A DNA stretch of 64,000 bases from Escherichia coli (GTDB lineage Bacteria > Pseudomonadota > Gammaproteobacteria > Enterobacterales > Enterobacteriaceae). Both the position numbers and the translations under genes were made by a program. The stretch is taken from the NCBI RefSeq assembly GCF_046105845.1, contig NZ_CP151004.1. One strand, given 5' to 3'. The notes beneath the pieces are model-generated. The model made no database searches. It was not told where the DNA came from and worked only from the letters and a program-made list of their open reading frames with translations. The number at the start of each line of letters is the position of its first letter. Within the stretch, counting starts at the first letter, position 1. Shown here piece by piece: positions 23,627-35,962 of this stretch.

Positions 23627-25105
23627 ATGAGCTTACGTGAAAAAACCATCAGCGGCGCGAAGTGGTCGGCGATTGCCACGGTGATCATCATCGGCCTCGG
23701 GTTGGTGCAGATGACCGTGCTGGCGCGGATTATCGACAACCACCAGTTCGGCCTGCTTACCGTGTCTCTGGTGATTATCGCGCTGGCAGATACGCTTTCT
23801 GACTTCGGTATCGCTAACTCCATTATTCAGCGAAAAGAAATCAGCCACCTTGAACTCACCACGTTGTACTGGCTGAACGTCGGGCTGGGGATCGTGGTGT
23901 GCGTGGCGGTGTTTTTGTTGAGTGATCTCATCGGCGACATGCTGAATAACCCGGACCTGGCACCGTTGATTAAAACATTGTCGCTGGCGTTTGTGGTGAT
24001 CCCCCACGGGCAGCAGTTCCGCGCGTTGATGCAGAAGGAGCTGGAGTTCAACAAAATCGGCATGATCGAAACCAGCGCGGTGCTGGCGGGCTTCACTTTT
24101 ACGGTGGTTAGCGCCCATTTCTGGCCGCTGGCGATGACCGCGATCCTCGGTTATCTGGTCAATAGTGCGGTAAGAACGCTGCTGTTTGGCTACTTTGGCC
24201 GCAAAATTTATCGCCCTGGTCTGCAGTTCTCGCTGGCGTCGGTGGCACCGAACTTACGCTTTGGTGCCTGGCTGACGGCGGACAGCATCATCAACTATCT
24301 CAACACCAACCTTTCAACACTCGTGCTGGCGCGTATTCTCGGCGCGGGCGTGGCAGGGGGATACAACCTGGCGTACAACGTGGCCGTTGTGCCACCGATG
24401 AAGCTGAACCCAATCATCACCCGCGTGTTGTTTCCGGCGTTTGCCAAAATTCAGGACGACACCGAAAAGTTGCGCGTCAACTTCTACAAGCTGCTGTCGG
24501 TGGTGGGGATTATCAACTTTCCGGCGCTGCTGGGGCTGATGGTGGTGTCGAATAACTTTGTACCGCTGGTCTTTGGTGAGAAGTGGAACAGCATTATTCC
24601 GGTGCTGCAATTGCTGTGTGTGGTGGGGCTGCTGCGCTCAGTGGGTAACCCGATTGGTTCGCTGCTGATGGCGAAAGCGCGGGTCGATATCAGCTTTAAA
24701 TTCAACGTATTCAAAACCTTTCTGTTTATTCCGGCGATTGTTATTGGTGGGCAGATGGCGGGCGCAATCGGCGTCACGCTTGGCTTCCTGCTAGTGCAGA
24801 TTATCAACACCATTCTGAGCTATTTCGTGATGATTAAACCGGTGCTCGGTTCCAGTTATCGCCAGTACATCCTGAGTTTACGGCTGCCGTTTTATCTCTC
24901 GCTGCCGACGCTGGTGGTCAGTTATGCGCTGGGCATTGTGCTGAAAGGGCAACTGGCGCTGGGGATGCTGCTGGCGGTGCAAATAGCCGCGGGCGTGCTG
25001 GCGTTTGTAGTGATGATTGTGCTGTCGCGCCATCCGCTGGTGGTGGAAGTGAAGCGTCAGTTTTGTCGCAGCGAAAAAATGAAAATGCTTTTACGGGCGG
25101 GGTGA
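23627..25105 (+). CDS. wzxC: Colanic acid repeat-unit flippase WzxC
   Basis: 492 aa polytopic membrane protein; synteny. Confidence 0.9.
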   Translation: MSLREKTISGAKWSAIATVIIIGLGLVQMTVLARIIDNHQFGLLTVSLVIIALADTLSDFGIANSIIQRKEISHLELTTLYWLNVGLGIVVCVAVFLLSDLIGDMLNNPDLAPLIKTLSLAFVVIPHGQQFRALMQKELEFNKIGMIETSAVLAGFTFTVVSAHFWPLAMTAILGYLVNSAVRTLLFGYFGRKIYRPGLQFSLASVAPNLRFGAWLTADSIINYLNTNLSTLVLARILGAGVAGGYNLAYNVAVVPPMKLNPIITRVLFPAFAKIQDDTEKLRVNFYKLLSVVGIINFPALLGLMVVSNNFVPLVFGEKWNSIIPVLQLLCVVGLLRSVGNPIGSLLMAKARVDISFKFNVFKTFLFIPAIVIGGQMAGAIGVTLGFLLVQIINTILSYFVMIKPVLGSSYRQYILSLRLPFYLSLPTLVVSYALGIVLKGQLALGMLLAVQIAAGVLAFVVMIVLSRHPLVVEVKRQFCRSEKMKMLLRAG

Positions 25106-25176
25106 ATGGTTGTTTTAGGCTACGGCAATAAAAACAACAACATAACCTCACCTGGCATCAAATTTATGAGGAAAAA

Positions 25177-26457
25177 ATGAAATTACTTATTCTGGGTAAC
25201 CACACTTGCGGCAACCGCGGCGACAGCGCCATCCTGCGCGGCTTACTTGATGCCATCAACATCCTCAATCCACACGCCGAAGTGGACGTAATGAGCCGCT
25301 ATCCGGTCAGTTCTTCCTGGCTGCTCAACCGCCCGGTGATGGGCGATCCGCTGTTCCTGCAAATGAAACAACACAACAGCGCGGCGGGCGTTGTCGGGCG
25401 CGTTAAAAAAGTCCTCCGTCGCCGCTATCAGCACCAGGTATTGCTCTCACGCGTCACCGACACTGGCAAGCTGCGTAATATCGCGATCGCCCAGGGATTC
25501 ACTGACTTCGTGCGCCTGCTGTCAGGTTACGACGCCATTATTCAGGTCGGCGGATCGTTTTTTGTCGATCTCTACGGCGTGCCGCAGTTTGAGCACGCGC
25601 TTTGCACATTTATGGCGAAAAAGCCGCTGTTTATGATTGGTCACAGCGTCGGCCCCTTCCAGGATGAGCAATTTAACCAACTGGCGAACTACGTTTTTGG
25701 TCACTGTGACGCGCTGATCCTGCGCGAGTCGGTTAGCCTCGATCTAATGAAACGCAGCAATATCACCACTGCAAAAGTGGAACATGGCGTCGATACCGCG
25801 TGGCTGGTCGATCACCACACCGAAGATTTCACCGCCAGCTATGCCGTTCAACACTGGCTGGACGTTGCCGCACAACAGAAAACGGTGGCAATTACCCTGC
25901 GCGAACTGGCACCGTTCGACAAACGCCTCGGCACCACTCAACAAGCGTATGAAAAAGCCTTTGCCGGGGTGGTCAATCGCATTCTCGATGAAGGGTATCA
26001 GGTGATTGCGCTTTCCACCTGTACGGGCATCGACAGCTATAACAAAGACGACCGCATGGTGGCGCTCAACCTGCGCCAGCACATCAGCGATCCTGCCCGT
26101 TACCACGTGGTGATGGATGAACTCAACGATCTGGAAATGGGCAAAATTCTTGGTGCCTGTGAACTCACCGTCGGTACGCGCCTGCACTCCGCCATTATCT
26201 CAATGAACTTTGCCACTCCGGCGATTGCCATCAACTATGAACATAAATCCGCCGGGATTATGCAGCAGCTGGGGCTGCCAGAGATGGCGATTGATATCCG
26301 TCATTTACTGGACGGCAGCTTACAAGCGATGGTTGCGGATACCTTAGGCCAACTTCCGGCGCTGAACGCACGACTTAGCGAAGCCGTCAGTCGCGAACGT
26401 CAGACGGGAATGCGGATGGTGCAATCTGTGCTTGAACGCATTGGGGAGGCGAAATGA
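25177..26457 (+). CDS. wcaK: Colanic acid pyruvyl transferase WcaK
   Basis: 426 aa; synteny. Confidence 0.88.
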   Translation: MKLLILGNHTCGNRGDSAILRGLLDAINILNPHAEVDVMSRYPVSSSWLLNRPVMGDPLFLQMKQHNSAAGVVGRVKKVLRRRYQHQVLLSRVTDTGKLRNIAIAQGFTDFVRLLSGYDAIIQVGGSFFVDLYGVPQFEHALCTFMAKKPLFMIGHSVGPFQDEQFNQLANYVFGHCDALILRESVSLDLMKRSNITTAKVEHGVDTAWLVDHHTEDFTASYAVQHWLDVAAQQKTVAITLRELAPFDKRLGTTQQAYEKAFAGVVNRILDEGYQVIALSTCTGIDSYNKDDRMVALNLRQHISDPARYHVVMDELNDLEMGKILGACELTVGTRLHSAIISMNFATPAIAINYEHKSAGIMQQLGLPEMAIDIRHLLDGSLQAMVADTLGQLPALNARLSEAVSRERQTGMRMVQSVLERIGEAK

Positions 26458-27674
26458 AGGTCGGCTTCTTTTTACTGAAATTTCCGCTGTCTTCGGAAAC
26501 CTTCGTCCTCAACCAAATCACTGCGTTTATTGATATGGGCTTTGAGGTGGAGATTGTCGCGCTGCAAAAAGGCGATACAGAGAACACCCACGCGGCATGG
26601 ACGAAATACAACCTTGCCGCCAGAACCCGCTGGTTACAGGACGAACCTACGGGCAAAGTGGCGAAGCTGCGCCACCGAGTCAGTCAGACCTTACGCGGCA
26701 TTCATCGTAAAAATACCTGGCAGGCGCTCAACCTCAAACGCTATGGCGCAGAGTCGCGGAATCTGATTTTGTCTGCCATTTGCGGCCAGGTCGCAACACC
26801 GTTTCGCGCCGATGTGTTCATCGCTCATTTTGGTCCAGCGGGGGTAACCGCAGCAAAACTCCGCGAACTGGGTGTCATTCGCGGCAAAATTGCCACTATC
26901 TTCCACGGCATTGATATCTCCAGTCGGGAAGTTCTCAACCACTACACCCCCGAATATCAACAACTGTTTCGCCGTGGCGACCTGATGCTACCGATAAGCG
27001 ATCTGTGGGCCGGAAGGCTGCAAAAAATGGGCTGCCCGAGGGAAAAAATCGCCGTATCGCGCATGGGCGTGGACATGACGCGCTTTAGCCCGCGTCCGGT
27101 GAAAGCGCCCGCAACACCGCTGGAAATCATTTCCGTCGCACGCTTAACCGAGAAAAAAGGCCTGCATGTGGCGATCGAAGCCTGCCGTCAGTTGAAAGAG
27201 CAGGGCGTGGCATTTCGCTATCGCATCCTCGGCATTGGCCCGTGGGAACGACGCCTGCGCACCCTCATCGAACAATATCAACTGGAAGATGTGGTAGAGA
27301 TGCCAGGCTTTAAACCGAGCCATGAAGTGAAAGAGATGCTCGATGACGCGGATGTCTTCCTGTTGCCATCGGTAACGGGCGCGGATGGCGATATGGAAGG
27401 TATTCCGGTGGCACTAATGGAAGCGATGGCGGTCGGCATTCCGGTTGTTTCCACTCTGCATAGCGGAATACCGGAACTGGTGGAGGCCGATAAATCCGGC
27501 TGGCTGGTGCCTGAGAACGATGCTCGCGCACTGGCGCAACGACTGGCGGCGTTTAGCCAACTGGACACCGACGAATTGGCTCCGGTCGTCAAACGCGCGC
27601 GCGAAAAAGTTGAACACGATTTTAACCAGCAGGTGATCAATCGAGAACTCGCCAGCTTGCTGCAGGCTTTATAG
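26454..27674 (+). CDS. wcaL: Colanic acid GT4 glycosyltransferase WcaL
   Basis: 406 aa; 4-bp overlap with wcaK; synteny. Confidence 0.9.
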   Translation: MKVGFFLLKFPLSSETFVLNQITAFIDMGFEVEIVALQKGDTENTHAAWTKYNLAARTRWLQDEPTGKVAKLRHRVSQTLRGIHRKNTWQALNLKRYGAESRNLILSAICGQVATPFRADVFIAHFGPAGVTAAKLRELGVIRGKIATIFHGIDISSREVLNHYTPEYQQLFRRGDLMLPISDLWAGRLQKMGCPREKIAVSRMGVDMTRFSPRPVKAPATPLEIISVARLTEKKGLHVAIEACRQLKEQGVAFRYRILGIGPWERRLRTLIEQYQLEDVVEMPGFKPSHEVKEMLDDADVFLLPSVTGADGDMEGIPVALMEAMAVGIPVVSTLHSGIPELVEADKSGWLVPENDARALAQRLAAFSQLDTDELAPVVKRAREKVEHDFNQQVINRELASLLQAL

Positions 27675-27684
27675 AGGAGAACGT

Positions 27685-29079
27685 ATGCCATTTAAAAAAC
27701 TCTCCCGACGCACCTTCCTGACGGCAAGCTCGGCGCTTGCCTTCCTCCATACCCCTTTCGCTCGCGCACTTCCCGCCCGACAAAGCGTTAACATTAACGA
27801 CTACAACCCTCACGACTGGATCGCCTCATTTAAACAAGCCTTCAGCGAAGGGCAAACGGTCGTCGTGCCTGCCGGATTCGTTTGTGACAATATCAACACC
27901 GGCATCTTCATCCCTCCCGGCAAAACGTTACACATTCTTGGAAGCTTGCGCGGCAACGGCAGAGGGCGATTTGTCTTACAGGACGGCAGCCAGGTGACAG
28001 GGGAGGAGGGCGGCAGTATGCATAACATCACCCTGGATGTGCGTGGTTCTGACTGCACCATCAAAGGGCTGGCGATGAGCGGCTTTGGTCCGGTAACGCA
28101 GATTTATATCGGCGGCAAAAACAAACGGGTCATGCGCAACCTGACCATCGATAACCTGAACGTTAGCCACGCTAATTACGCCATCTTACGCCAGGGATTT
28201 CATAACCAGATTATCGGTGCCAACATCACCAATTGTAAGTTCAGCGACTTACAGGGCGACGCCATTGAATGGAACGTGGCAATTAACGACAGTGATATTT
28301 TGATCTCCGACCACATCATCGAGCGCATCAACTGTACTAACGGAAAAATCAACTGGGGCATCGGCATAGGCCTTGCGGGGAGTACTTATGATAATAACTA
28401 CCCGGAAGACCAGACAGTGAAAAACTTTGTCGTGGCGAATATCACGGGATCGGATTGTCGGCAGTTGATACATGTTGAAAATGGTAAACATTTTGTTATT
28501 CGTAATATCAAAGCCCGCAATATCACACCGGATTTCAGTAAGAAAGCAGGTATTGATAACGCCACGGTCGCTATTTACGGTTGTGACAATTTCGTGATTG
28601 ATAATATTGAAATGATTAATAGCGCCGGGATGTTAATCGGCTATGGGGTAATTAAAGGCAAATATCTCTCGATACCGCAAAATTTCCGAGTGAATAATAT
28701 TCAACTGGATAATACCCACCTTGCTTATAAATTGCGCGGCATCCAAATCTCTGCCGGGAATGCCGTCTCCTTTGTGGCACTGACTAACATTGAGATGAAG
28801 CGTGCCTCGCTTGAGCTACACAATAAACCGCAACACCTTTTTATGCGTAATATCAAAGTGATGCAGGAATCCTCTGTTGGACCAGCATTGAGCATGAACT
28901 TCGACATGCGCAAAGACGTACGAGGTGTCTTTATGGCGAAAAAAGAAACACTGCTGTCACTTGCAAATGTTCATGCGGTGAATGAAAGAGGGCAAAGCTC
29001 AGTCGATATCGACAGGATTAATCACCATATTGTTAATGTGGAAAAGATTAACTTTAGATTGCCGGAACGGAGGGAGTAG
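27685..29079 (+). CDS. wcaM: Colanic acid biosynthesis protein WcaM (secreted beta-helix protein)
   Basis: 464 aa with twin-arginine-like signal ([14 protein letters not shown]); last gene of the colanic acid cluster. Confidence 0.88.
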   Translation: MPFKKLSRRTFLTASSALAFLHTPFARALPARQSVNINDYNPHDWIASFKQAFSEGQTVVVPAGFVCDNINTGIFIPPGKTLHILGSLRGNGRGRFVLQDGSQVTGEEGGSMHNITLDVRGSDCTIKGLAMSGFGPVTQIYIGGKNKRVMRNLTIDNLNVSHANYAILRQGFHNQIIGANITNCKFSDLQGDAIEWNVAINDSDILISDHIIERINCTNGKINWGIGIGLAGSTYDNNYPEDQTVKNFVVANITGSDCRQLIHVENGKHFVIRNIKARNITPDFSKKAGIDNATVAIYGCDNFVIDNIEMINSAGMLIGYGVIKGKYLSIPQNFRVNNIQLDNTHLAYKLRGIQISAGNAVSFVALTNIEMKRASLELHNKPQHLFMRNIKVMQESSVGPALSMNFDMRKDVRGVFMAKKETLLSLANVHAVNERGQSSVDIDRINHHIVNVEKINFRLPERRE

Positions 29080-29253
29080 ATTTGCGACCATTCCTGGAAA
29101 AATGGAGCCATACTTAGGAACAATGCTACAGCAATCCACAACGAAGCGGCGTAACATCACAAGTAATTCAGTAATCAATTCAGGGTAATTGATGCTGGCG
29201 AAAAAAATCGAACAAGCTATAATTCAGCAACCATTTTACAGGTGGATGAAATA

Positions 29254-30147
29254 ATGACGAATTTAAAAGCAGTTATTCCTGTAGCGGGTCTTGGGATGCA
29301 TATGTTGCCTGCCACTAAGGCGATTCCCAAAGAGATGCTACCGATCGTCGACAAGCCAATGATTCAGTACATTGTTGACGAGATCGTGGCTGCAGGGATC
29401 AAAGAAATCCTCCTGGTAACTCACGCGTCCAAGAACGCAGTCGAAAACCACTTCGACACCTCTTATGAATTAGAATCTCTCCTTGAACAGCGCGTGAAGC
29501 GTCAGCTGCTGGCGGAAGTACAGTCCATTTGCCCGCCGGGCGTGACCATTATGAACGTGCGTCAGGGCGAACCTTTAGGTTTGGGCCACTCCATTTTATG
29601 TGCACGACCTGCTATTGGTGACAACCCATTTGTCGTGGTGCTGCCAGACGTTGTGATTGACGACGCCAGCGCCGACCCGCTGCGCTACAACCTTGCTGCC
29701 ATGATTGCGCGCTTCAACGAAACGGGCCGCAGCCAGGTGCTGGCAAAACGTATGCCGGGTGACCTCTCTGAATACTCTGTCATCCAGACCAAAGAGCCGC
29801 TGGACCGCGAAGGTAAAGTCAGCCGCATTGTTGAATTCATCGAAAAACCGGATCAGCCGCAGACGCTGGACTCAGACATCATGGCCGTTGGTCGCTATGT
29901 GCTTTCTGCCGATATTTGGCCGGAACTTGAACGCACTCAGCCAGGTGCATGGGGACGTATTCAGCTGACTGATGCCATTGCCGAACTGGCGAAAAAACAG
30001 TCTGTTGACGCCATGCTGATGACTGGTGACAGCTACGACTGCGGTAAAAAAATGGGCTATATGCAGGCATTTGTGAAGTATGGACTACGCAACCTCAAAG
30101 AAGGGGCGAAGTTCCGTAAAGGGATTGAGAAGCTGTTAAGCGAATAA
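29254..30147 (+). CDS. galF: UTP-glucose-1-phosphate uridylyltransferase regulatory paralogue GalF
   Basis: From [30 protein letters not shown], 297 aa; classic left flank of the O-antigen locus. Confidence 0.95.
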   Translation: MTNLKAVIPVAGLGMHMLPATKAIPKEMLPIVDKPMIQYIVDEIVAAGIKEILLVTHASKNAVENHFDTSYELESLLEQRVKRQLLAEVQSICPPGVTIMNVRQGEPLGLGHSILCARPAIGDNPFVVVLPDVVIDDASADPLRYNLAAMIARFNETGRSQVLAKRMPGDLSEYSVIQTKEPLDREGKVSRIVEFIEKPDQPQTLDSDIMAVGRYVLSADIWPELERTQPGAWGRIQLTDAIAELAKKQSVDAMLMTGDSYDCGKKMGYMQAFVKYGLRNLKEGAKFRKGIEKLLSE

Positions 30148-30405
30148 TGAAAATCTGACCGGATGTAACGGTTGATAAGAAAATTATAACGGCAGTGAAG
30201 ATTCGCGGCGAAAGTAATTTGTTGCGAATATTCCTGCCGTTATTTTATATAAACAATCAGAATAACAACGAGTTAGCAATAGGATTTTAGTCAAAGTTTT
30301 CCAGGATTTTCCTTGTTTCCAGAGCGGATTGGTAAGACAATTAGCGTTTGAATTTTTCGAGTTAAGCGCGAGTGGGTAACGCTCGTCACATCGTAGACAT
30401 GCATG

Positions 30406-30444
30406 CAGTGCTCTGGTAGCTGTAAAGCCAGGGGCGGTAGCGTG
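30406..30444 (+). promoter_or_regulatory. JUMPstart element with ops (GGCGGTAGCGTG) in the O-antigen operon leader
   Basis: CAGTGCTCTGGTAGCTGTAAAGCCAGGGGCGGTAGCGTG; exact ops 12-mer at 30433-30444, about 75 bp upstream of rmlB. Confidence 0.88.
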
Positions 30445-30519
30445 CATTAATACCTCTATTAATCAAACTGAGAGCCGCTTATTTCACAGCATGCTCTGAA
30501 GTAATATGGAATAAATTAA

Positions 30520-31605
30520 GTGAAAATACTTGTTACTGGTGGCGCAGGATTTATTGGTTCTGCTGTAGTTCGTCACATTATAAATAATACGCAGGATAGT
30601 GTTGTTAATGTCGATAAATTAACGTACGCCGGAAACCTGGAATCACTTGCTGATGTTTCTGATTCTGAACGCTATGTTTTTGAACATGCGGATATTTGCG
30701 ATGCAGCTGCAATGGCGCGGATTTTTGCTCAGCATCAGCCGGATTCAGTGATGCACCTGGCTGCTGAAAGCCATGTTGACCGTTCAATTACAGGTCCTGC
30801 GGCATTTATTGAAACCAATATTGTTGGTACTTATGTCCTTTTGGAAGCGGCTCGCAATTACTGGTCTGCTCTTGATGGCGACAAGAAAAATAGCTTCCGT
30901 TTTCATCATATTTCTACTGACGAAGTCTATGGTGATTTGCCTCATCCTGACGAAGTAAATAATAAAGAACAATTACCCCTCTTTACTGAGACGACAGCTT
31001 ACGCGCCTAGTAGTCCTTATTCCGCATCAAAAGCATCCAGCGATCATTTAGTCCGCGCGTGGAAACGTACCTATGGTTTACCGACCATTGTGACTAATTG
31101 CTCTAACAATTATGGTCCTTATCATTTCCCGGAAAAATTGATTCCACTAGTAATTCTTAATGCTCTGGAAGGTAAGGCATTACCTATTTATGGCAAAGGG
31201 GATCAAATTCGTGACTGGCTGTATGTTGAAGATCATGCGCGTGCGTTATATACCGTCGTAACCGAAGGTAAAGCGGGTGAAACTTATAACATTGGTGGGC
31301 ACAACGAAAAGAAAAACATTGATGTAGTGCTCACTATTTGTGATTTGCTGGATGAGATTGTACCGAAAGATAAATCTTACCGCGAGCAAATTACTTATGT
31401 TGCCGATCGTCCGGGACACGATCGCCGTTATGCGATTGATGCTGAGAAGATTGGTCGCGAATTGGGATGGAAACCACAGGAAACGTTTGAGAGCGGGATT
31501 CGGAAGACAGTGGAATGGTACCTGTCCAATACAAAATGGGTTGATAATGTGAAAAGTGGTGCCTATCAATCGTGGATTGAACAGAACTATGAGGGCCGCC
31601 AGTAA
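30520..31605 (+). CDS. rmlB: dTDP-glucose 4,6-dehydratase
   Basis: 361 aa, GTG start, [20 protein letters not shown]...; canonical RmlB. Confidence 0.96.
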   Translation: MKILVTGGAGFIGSAVVRHIINNTQDSVVNVDKLTYAGNLESLADVSDSERYVFEHADICDAAAMARIFAQHQPDSVMHLAAESHVDRSITGPAAFIETNIVGTYVLLEAARNYWSALDGDKKNSFRFHHISTDEVYGDLPHPDEVNNKEQLPLFTETTAYAPSSPYSASKASSDHLVRAWKRTYGLPTIVTNCSNNYGPYHFPEKLIPLVILNALEGKALPIYGKGDQIRDWLYVEDHARALYTVVTEGKAGETYNIGGHNEKKNIDVVLTICDLLDEIVPKDKSYREQITYVADRPGHDRRYAIDAEKIGRELGWKPQETFESGIRKTVEWYLSNTKWVDNVKSGAYQSWIEQNYEGRQ

Positions 31606-32504
31606 TGAATATCCTCCTTTTTGGCAAAACAGGGCAGGTAGGTTGGGAGCTACAGCGTGCTCTGGCACCGCTGGGTAATTTGATTGCTCTTGATGTTCAC
31701 TCCACTGATTGCTGTGGTGATTTTAGTAATCCTGAAGGTGTAGCTGAAACCGTAAGAAGCATTCGGCCTGATATTATTGTCAACGCAGCCGCCCACACCG
31801 CAGTAGACAAAGCAGAATCAGAACCGGAGTTTGCACAATTACTTAACGCGACGAGTGTCGAAGCGATCGCGAAAGCAGCCAATGAAGTCGGCGCCTGGGT
31901 TATTCACTACTCTACTGACTACGTATTTCCGGGAACCGGTGAAATACCATGGCAGGAGGCGGATGCAACCGCACCGCTGAACGTTTATGGTGAAACCAAG
32001 TTAGCCGGAGAAAAAGCATTACAAGAGCATTGTGCGAAGCACCTTATTTTCCGTACCAGCTGGGTCTATGCAGGTAAAGGAAATAACTTCGCCAAAACAA
32101 TGTTGCGTCTGGCAAAAGAGCGTGAAGAATTAGCTGTTATTAACGATCAGTTTGGCGCACCAACTGGCGCAGAGTTGCTGGCTGATTGTACGGCACATGC
32201 TATTCGTGTTGCACTGAAAAAACCAGAAGTCGCAGGCTTGTACCATCTGGTAGCCAGTGGTACCACAACCTGGCACGATTATGCTGCGCTGGTTTTTGAA
32301 GAGGCGCGCAAAGCAGGCATTCCCCTTGCACTCAACAAGCTCAACGCAGTACCAACATCAGCCTATCCTACACCAGCTCGTCGTCCACATAACTCTCGCC
32401 TTAATACAGAAAAATTTCAGCAGAACTTTGCGCTTGTCTTGCCTGACTGGCAGGTTGGCGTGAAACGAATGCTCAACGAATTATTTACGATTACAGCAAT
32501 TTAA
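31605..32504 (+). CDS. rmlD: dTDP-4-dehydrorhamnose reductase
   Basis: 299 aa, [20 protein letters not shown]...; stop/start overlap with rmlB. Confidence 0.96.
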   Translation: MNILLFGKTGQVGWELQRALAPLGNLIALDVHSTDCCGDFSNPEGVAETVRSIRPDIIVNAAAHTAVDKAESEPEFAQLLNATSVEAIAKAANEVGAWVIHYSTDYVFPGTGEIPWQEADATAPLNVYGETKLAGEKALQEHCAKHLIFRTSWVYAGKGNNFAKTMLRLAKEREELAVINDQFGAPTGAELLADCTAHAIRVALKKPEVAGLYHLVASGTTTWHDYAALVFEEARKAGIPLALNKLNAVPTSAYPTPARRPHNSRLNTEKFQQNFALVLPDWQVGVKRMLNELFTITAI

Positions 32505-32561
32505 TAGTTTTTGCATCTTGTTCGTGATGATGGAGCAAGATGAATTAAAAGGAATGATGAA

Positions 32562-33437
32562 ATGAAAACGCGTAAAGGTATTATTTTAGCGGGTGGTTCT
32601 GGTACACGTCTTTATCCTGTGACTATGGCTGTCAGTAAACAGCTATTACCTATTTATGATAAGCCGATGATCTATTACCCGCTCTCTACACTGATGTTGG
32701 CGGGTATTCGCGATATTCTAATTATAAGTACGCCACAGGATACTCCTCGTTTTCAACAACTTCTGGGTGACGGGAGCCAGTGGGGCCTGAATCTTCAGTA
32801 CCAAGTGCAACCGAGTCCGGATGGACTTGCACAGGCATTTATCATTGGTGAAGAGTTTATTGGTGGTGATGATTGTGCTTTGGTACTTGGTGATAACATC
32901 TTTTACGGTCACGACCTGCCGAAGTTAATGGACGCAGCTGTTAACAAAGGAAGTGGCGCAACGGTATTTGCTTATCATGTAAATGATCCTGAACGCTATG
33001 GTGTCGTTGAGTTTGATAAAAAAGGTACGGCAATTAGCCTGGAAGAAAAACCGCTACAGCCCAAAAGTAATTATGCGGTAACCGGGCTTTATTTCTATGA
33101 TAACGACGTTGTCGAAATGGCGAAAAACCTTAAGCCTTCTGCCCGTGGTGAACTGGAAATTACCGATATTAACCGTATCTATATGGAACAGGGGCGTTTA
33201 TCTGTTGCCATGATGGGCCGTGGTTATGCATGGCTGGACACGGGGACACATCAAAGCCTAATTGAGGCAAGCAACTTCATTGCTACAATTGAAGAGCGTC
33301 AGGGCTTGAAAGTTTCCTGTCCGGAAGAAATTTCTTACCGTAAAGGATTTATTGATGCTGAGCAGGTTAAAGTATTAGCTGAACCGCTGAAAAAAAATGC
33401 TTATGGTCAATATCTGCTGAAAATGATTAAAGGTTAG
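32562..33437 (+). CDS. rmlA: Glucose-1-phosphate thymidylyltransferase
   Basis: 291 aa, [16 protein letters not shown] motif. Confidence 0.96.
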   Translation: MKTRKGIILAGGSGTRLYPVTMAVSKQLLPIYDKPMIYYPLSTLMLAGIRDILIISTPQDTPRFQQLLGDGSQWGLNLQYQVQPSPDGLAQAFIIGEEFIGGDDCALVLGDNIFYGHDLPKLMDAAVNKGSGATVFAYHVNDPERYGVVEFDKKGTAISLEEKPLQPKSNYAVTGLYFYDNDVVEMAKNLKPSARGELEITDINRIYMEQGRLSVAMMGRGYAWLDTGTHQSLIEASNFIATIEERQGLKVSCPEEISYRKGFIDAEQVKVLAEPLKKNAYGQYLLKMIKG

Positions 33438-33444
33438 TAATAAA

Positions 33445-33996
33445 ATGAACGTAATTAAAACAGATATTCCAGACGTATTAATTTTCGAACCGAAAGTTTT
33501 TAGGGATGAGCGCGGTTTCTTTTTCGAGAGTTTTAACCAAAAGGTTTTTGAGGATGCGGTAGGTCGCAAAATTGAGTTTGTCCAAGATAATCATTCGAAG
33601 TCATGTAAAGGGGTTTTACGTGGACTGCATTATCAGTTAGAACCTTATGCACAAGGAAAATTGGTGCGCTGTGTTGTTGGTGAGGTTTTTGATGTTGCGG
33701 TGGATATTCGTAAGTCTTCGCCTACGTTTGGTAAATGGGTTGGGGTGACTTTATCTGCGGAGAATAAGCGTCAGTTGTGGATCCCTGAAGGATTTGCACA
33801 TGGATTTATAACATTGTCAGAGTTTGCAGAGTTTCTTTATAAAACAACTAGTTTTTATTCCCCAAAACATGAAGTTTGTATTCGGTTTGATGATGAAAAA
33901 ATAGGGATAGAGTGGCAGTGTGCAGAGTATATGAAACTCTCAGAAAAAGATTCAAAAGGGATATCTCTCGATGAATACGTGCGCACGGTGGTATGA
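33445..33996 (+). CDS. rmlC: dTDP-4-dehydrorhamnose 3,5-epimerase
   Basis: 183 aa cupin; synteny; marks the end of the conserved rml block and start of the AT-rich cassette. Confidence 0.95.
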   Translation: MNVIKTDIPDVLIFEPKVFRDERGFFFESFNQKVFEDAVGRKIEFVQDNHSKSCKGVLRGLHYQLEPYAQGKLVRCVVGEVFDVAVDIRKSSPTFGKWVGVTLSAENKRQLWIPEGFAHGFITLSEFAEFLYKTTSFYSPKHEVCIRFDDEKIGIEWQCAEYMKLSEKDSKGISLDEYVRTVV

Positions 33997-34002
33997 TAGA
34001 TT

Positions 34003-34917
34003 ATGAACAAAGTTAGCATATTAATGCCTGTTTATAATGTAGAAAAATATATTAGAGCTGCGATTGGTAGTATATTAAACCAAACATATCCGAATATAGA
34101 GTTAGTAATTGTAGACGATGCGTCTACTGACAATACATTACTCATTATAGATGAAATTGCGCAAAAAAATAATAACATAATTATTGTTCGCAATGATGTA
34201 AACTCTGGAATAACCGTAGCGCTAAACAAAGGTCTTAAATATTGTAGCGGTGATTATATAGCTCGAGCTGATGGTGATGACATACAAGATCCTTTACGAA
34301 TTCAAAAGCAAATAGACTTTCTAAAGGAGAATCAAGAATATGGATTGGTTGGATGTTGGATAAAAAACATAGATGAGTCAGGAAAACAAATAGCTTCATG
34401 TAAATATCCGGTTTCAGACTTAGAAGTGAGACAATGCGTTAGCTATACATCTCCCGTACTTCATATATGGTTAGCAAAGAAAGAAGTTTACGAAAAACTG
34501 AATGGATACAGGAATACAAATCCAGCTGAAGATTATGATTTTATTTTAAGATGTTTGGATTATGGTATAAGAATAGGGAACGTTCCGTATTATGGTTCAA
34601 TGATACGTTTACGTTCAGGGAGTACATTAACTGAATCTTCTTTAAAACAACGGGTTATATCAAACTATCTGTGTAAAAAATTTAAAAAAGGCATTATTAA
34701 TACAATTGATATCGAATCTGAACTACCTAAAACAAATGAACTTAAAATTATTACTAAATTGCATTCTTGGTCATGTTTCTTTTTAAAAAAAGCAATAGAG
34801 AACAAAAGGTCGTTAAAAGGGGCAGCTTATTTATGTTTGTCGCTTATAAGTCCTTTTACAGTTCAAAATATAATAAAGAGGCAGATTTTTAAAAGAAAAT
34901 GTAACAAGGGTTATTAA
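34003..34917 (+). CDS. O-antigen GT2-family glycosyltransferase
   Basis: 304 aa; N-terminal GT-A signature SILMPVYNVEKYI...LVIVDDASTDNT and DGDD motif; AT-rich codon usage. Confidence 0.8.
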   Translation: MNKVSILMPVYNVEKYIRAAIGSILNQTYPNIELVIVDDASTDNTLLIIDEIAQKNNNIIIVRNDVNSGITVALNKGLKYCSGDYIARADGDDIQDPLRIQKQIDFLKENQEYGLVGCWIKNIDESGKQIASCKYPVSDLEVRQCVSYTSPVLHIWLAKKEVYEKLNGYRNTNPAEDYDFILRCLDYGIRIGNVPYYGSMIRLRSGSTLTESSLKQRVISNYLCKKFKKGIINTIDIESELPKTNELKIITKLHSWSCFFLKKAIENKRSLKGAAYLCLSLISPFTVQNIIKRQIFKRKCNKGY

Positions 34918-34918
34918 A

Positions 34919-35962
34919 TTGATAAAAATAGCAATAATATTACCATCATTGAAAAACGTTGGACCGAATAGAGTTGCACATACTCTTATTAACAAACTAA
35001 GTGATAAAGAAGGTGTATACCTAAAGGTTTTTTATATAAAAAAAGAATTAGGATTAAATTTTACTTGTGATACAGAACTTTTGACTTTAGTTAATGTACG
35101 AAAATTATATGCCTTCGATGTCTTGCATTCACATATGCTTAGGCCAGATGTCTTGGTTGGGCTACTTCCATTTTACAAAGGCCTTAAAATAAGCACAATC
35201 CATAATATAGTGACAGAAGATATACAATATACACATGGTAGTGTGATATCTAAAATTGTCTCTGAATTATGGTTTAGGATTTGGAATAGATTTGATAAGA
35301 TAGTCGTGCTATCAAAAGTAGCAAAAAAATACTATCTGGGACATGGGCTAAAATCTAAAAAATTAGAGATCATATATAATGGAATTGATCTGGATATAGG
35401 AAGTAATATCAATTATGAAGATAAGAAAATAATAGAGGAGTTTAAAGGAGACAGTACTCTTCTGGGAACACTTTGTTTAGCAAATCACAGGAAAGGTATA
35501 GAACAGATTCTTTATGCCTTGCCATTCTTACCTAATTATAAATTTATAATTATTGGTGATGGACCTGTAAGAGAATATTTAGAAAATTTAGCTATAAGTC
35601 TGAATGTAAGAGATCGATTTTTTATTCTGGGCTATAGAGAAAACGCTAAAGATTTACTAAAATATATCGATATTTATCTAATGCCAAGTAGATCGGAAGG
35701 ATTTGGTCTCGCATTGCTTGAGGCTGTTGCAGCAAAAATAACAGTAGTTTGCTCAAATATTCCAATATTTAAAGAAATCTTTACTGAACGACAAGTGTCT
35801 TTTTTTGAATTGGATAATACAAACTCACTTATTCAAGCGATACAGAACTCAATAAGTAATGATATAAATGACGCGTATATAAGGCTAAAACAAAATTATA
35901 GCTCAGATACGATGGCTCGATTATATCATGAATTATATATGACTTGTAAGGAAGTAAAATGA
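34919..35962 (+). CDS. O-antigen GT4-family glycosyltransferase
   Basis: 347 aa; C-terminal E-X7-E motif (SRSEGFGLALLEAVAAK); apparent TTG start, so the exact start is uncertain. Confidence 0.75.
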   Translation: MIKIAIILPSLKNVGPNRVAHTLINKLSDKEGVYLKVFYIKKELGLNFTCDTELLTLVNVRKLYAFDVLHSHMLRPDVLVGLLPFYKGLKISTIHNIVTEDIQYTHGSVISKIVSELWFRIWNRFDKIVVLSKVAKKYYLGHGLKSKKLEIIYNGIDLDIGSNINYEDKKIIEEFKGDSTLLGTLCLANHRKGIEQILYALPFLPNYKFIIIGDGPVREYLENLAISLNVRDRFFILGYRENAKDLLKYIDIYLMPSRSEGFGLALLEAVAAKITVVCSNIPIFKEIFTERQVSFFELDNTNSLIQAIQNSISNDINDAYIRLKQNYSSDTMARLYHELYMTCKEVK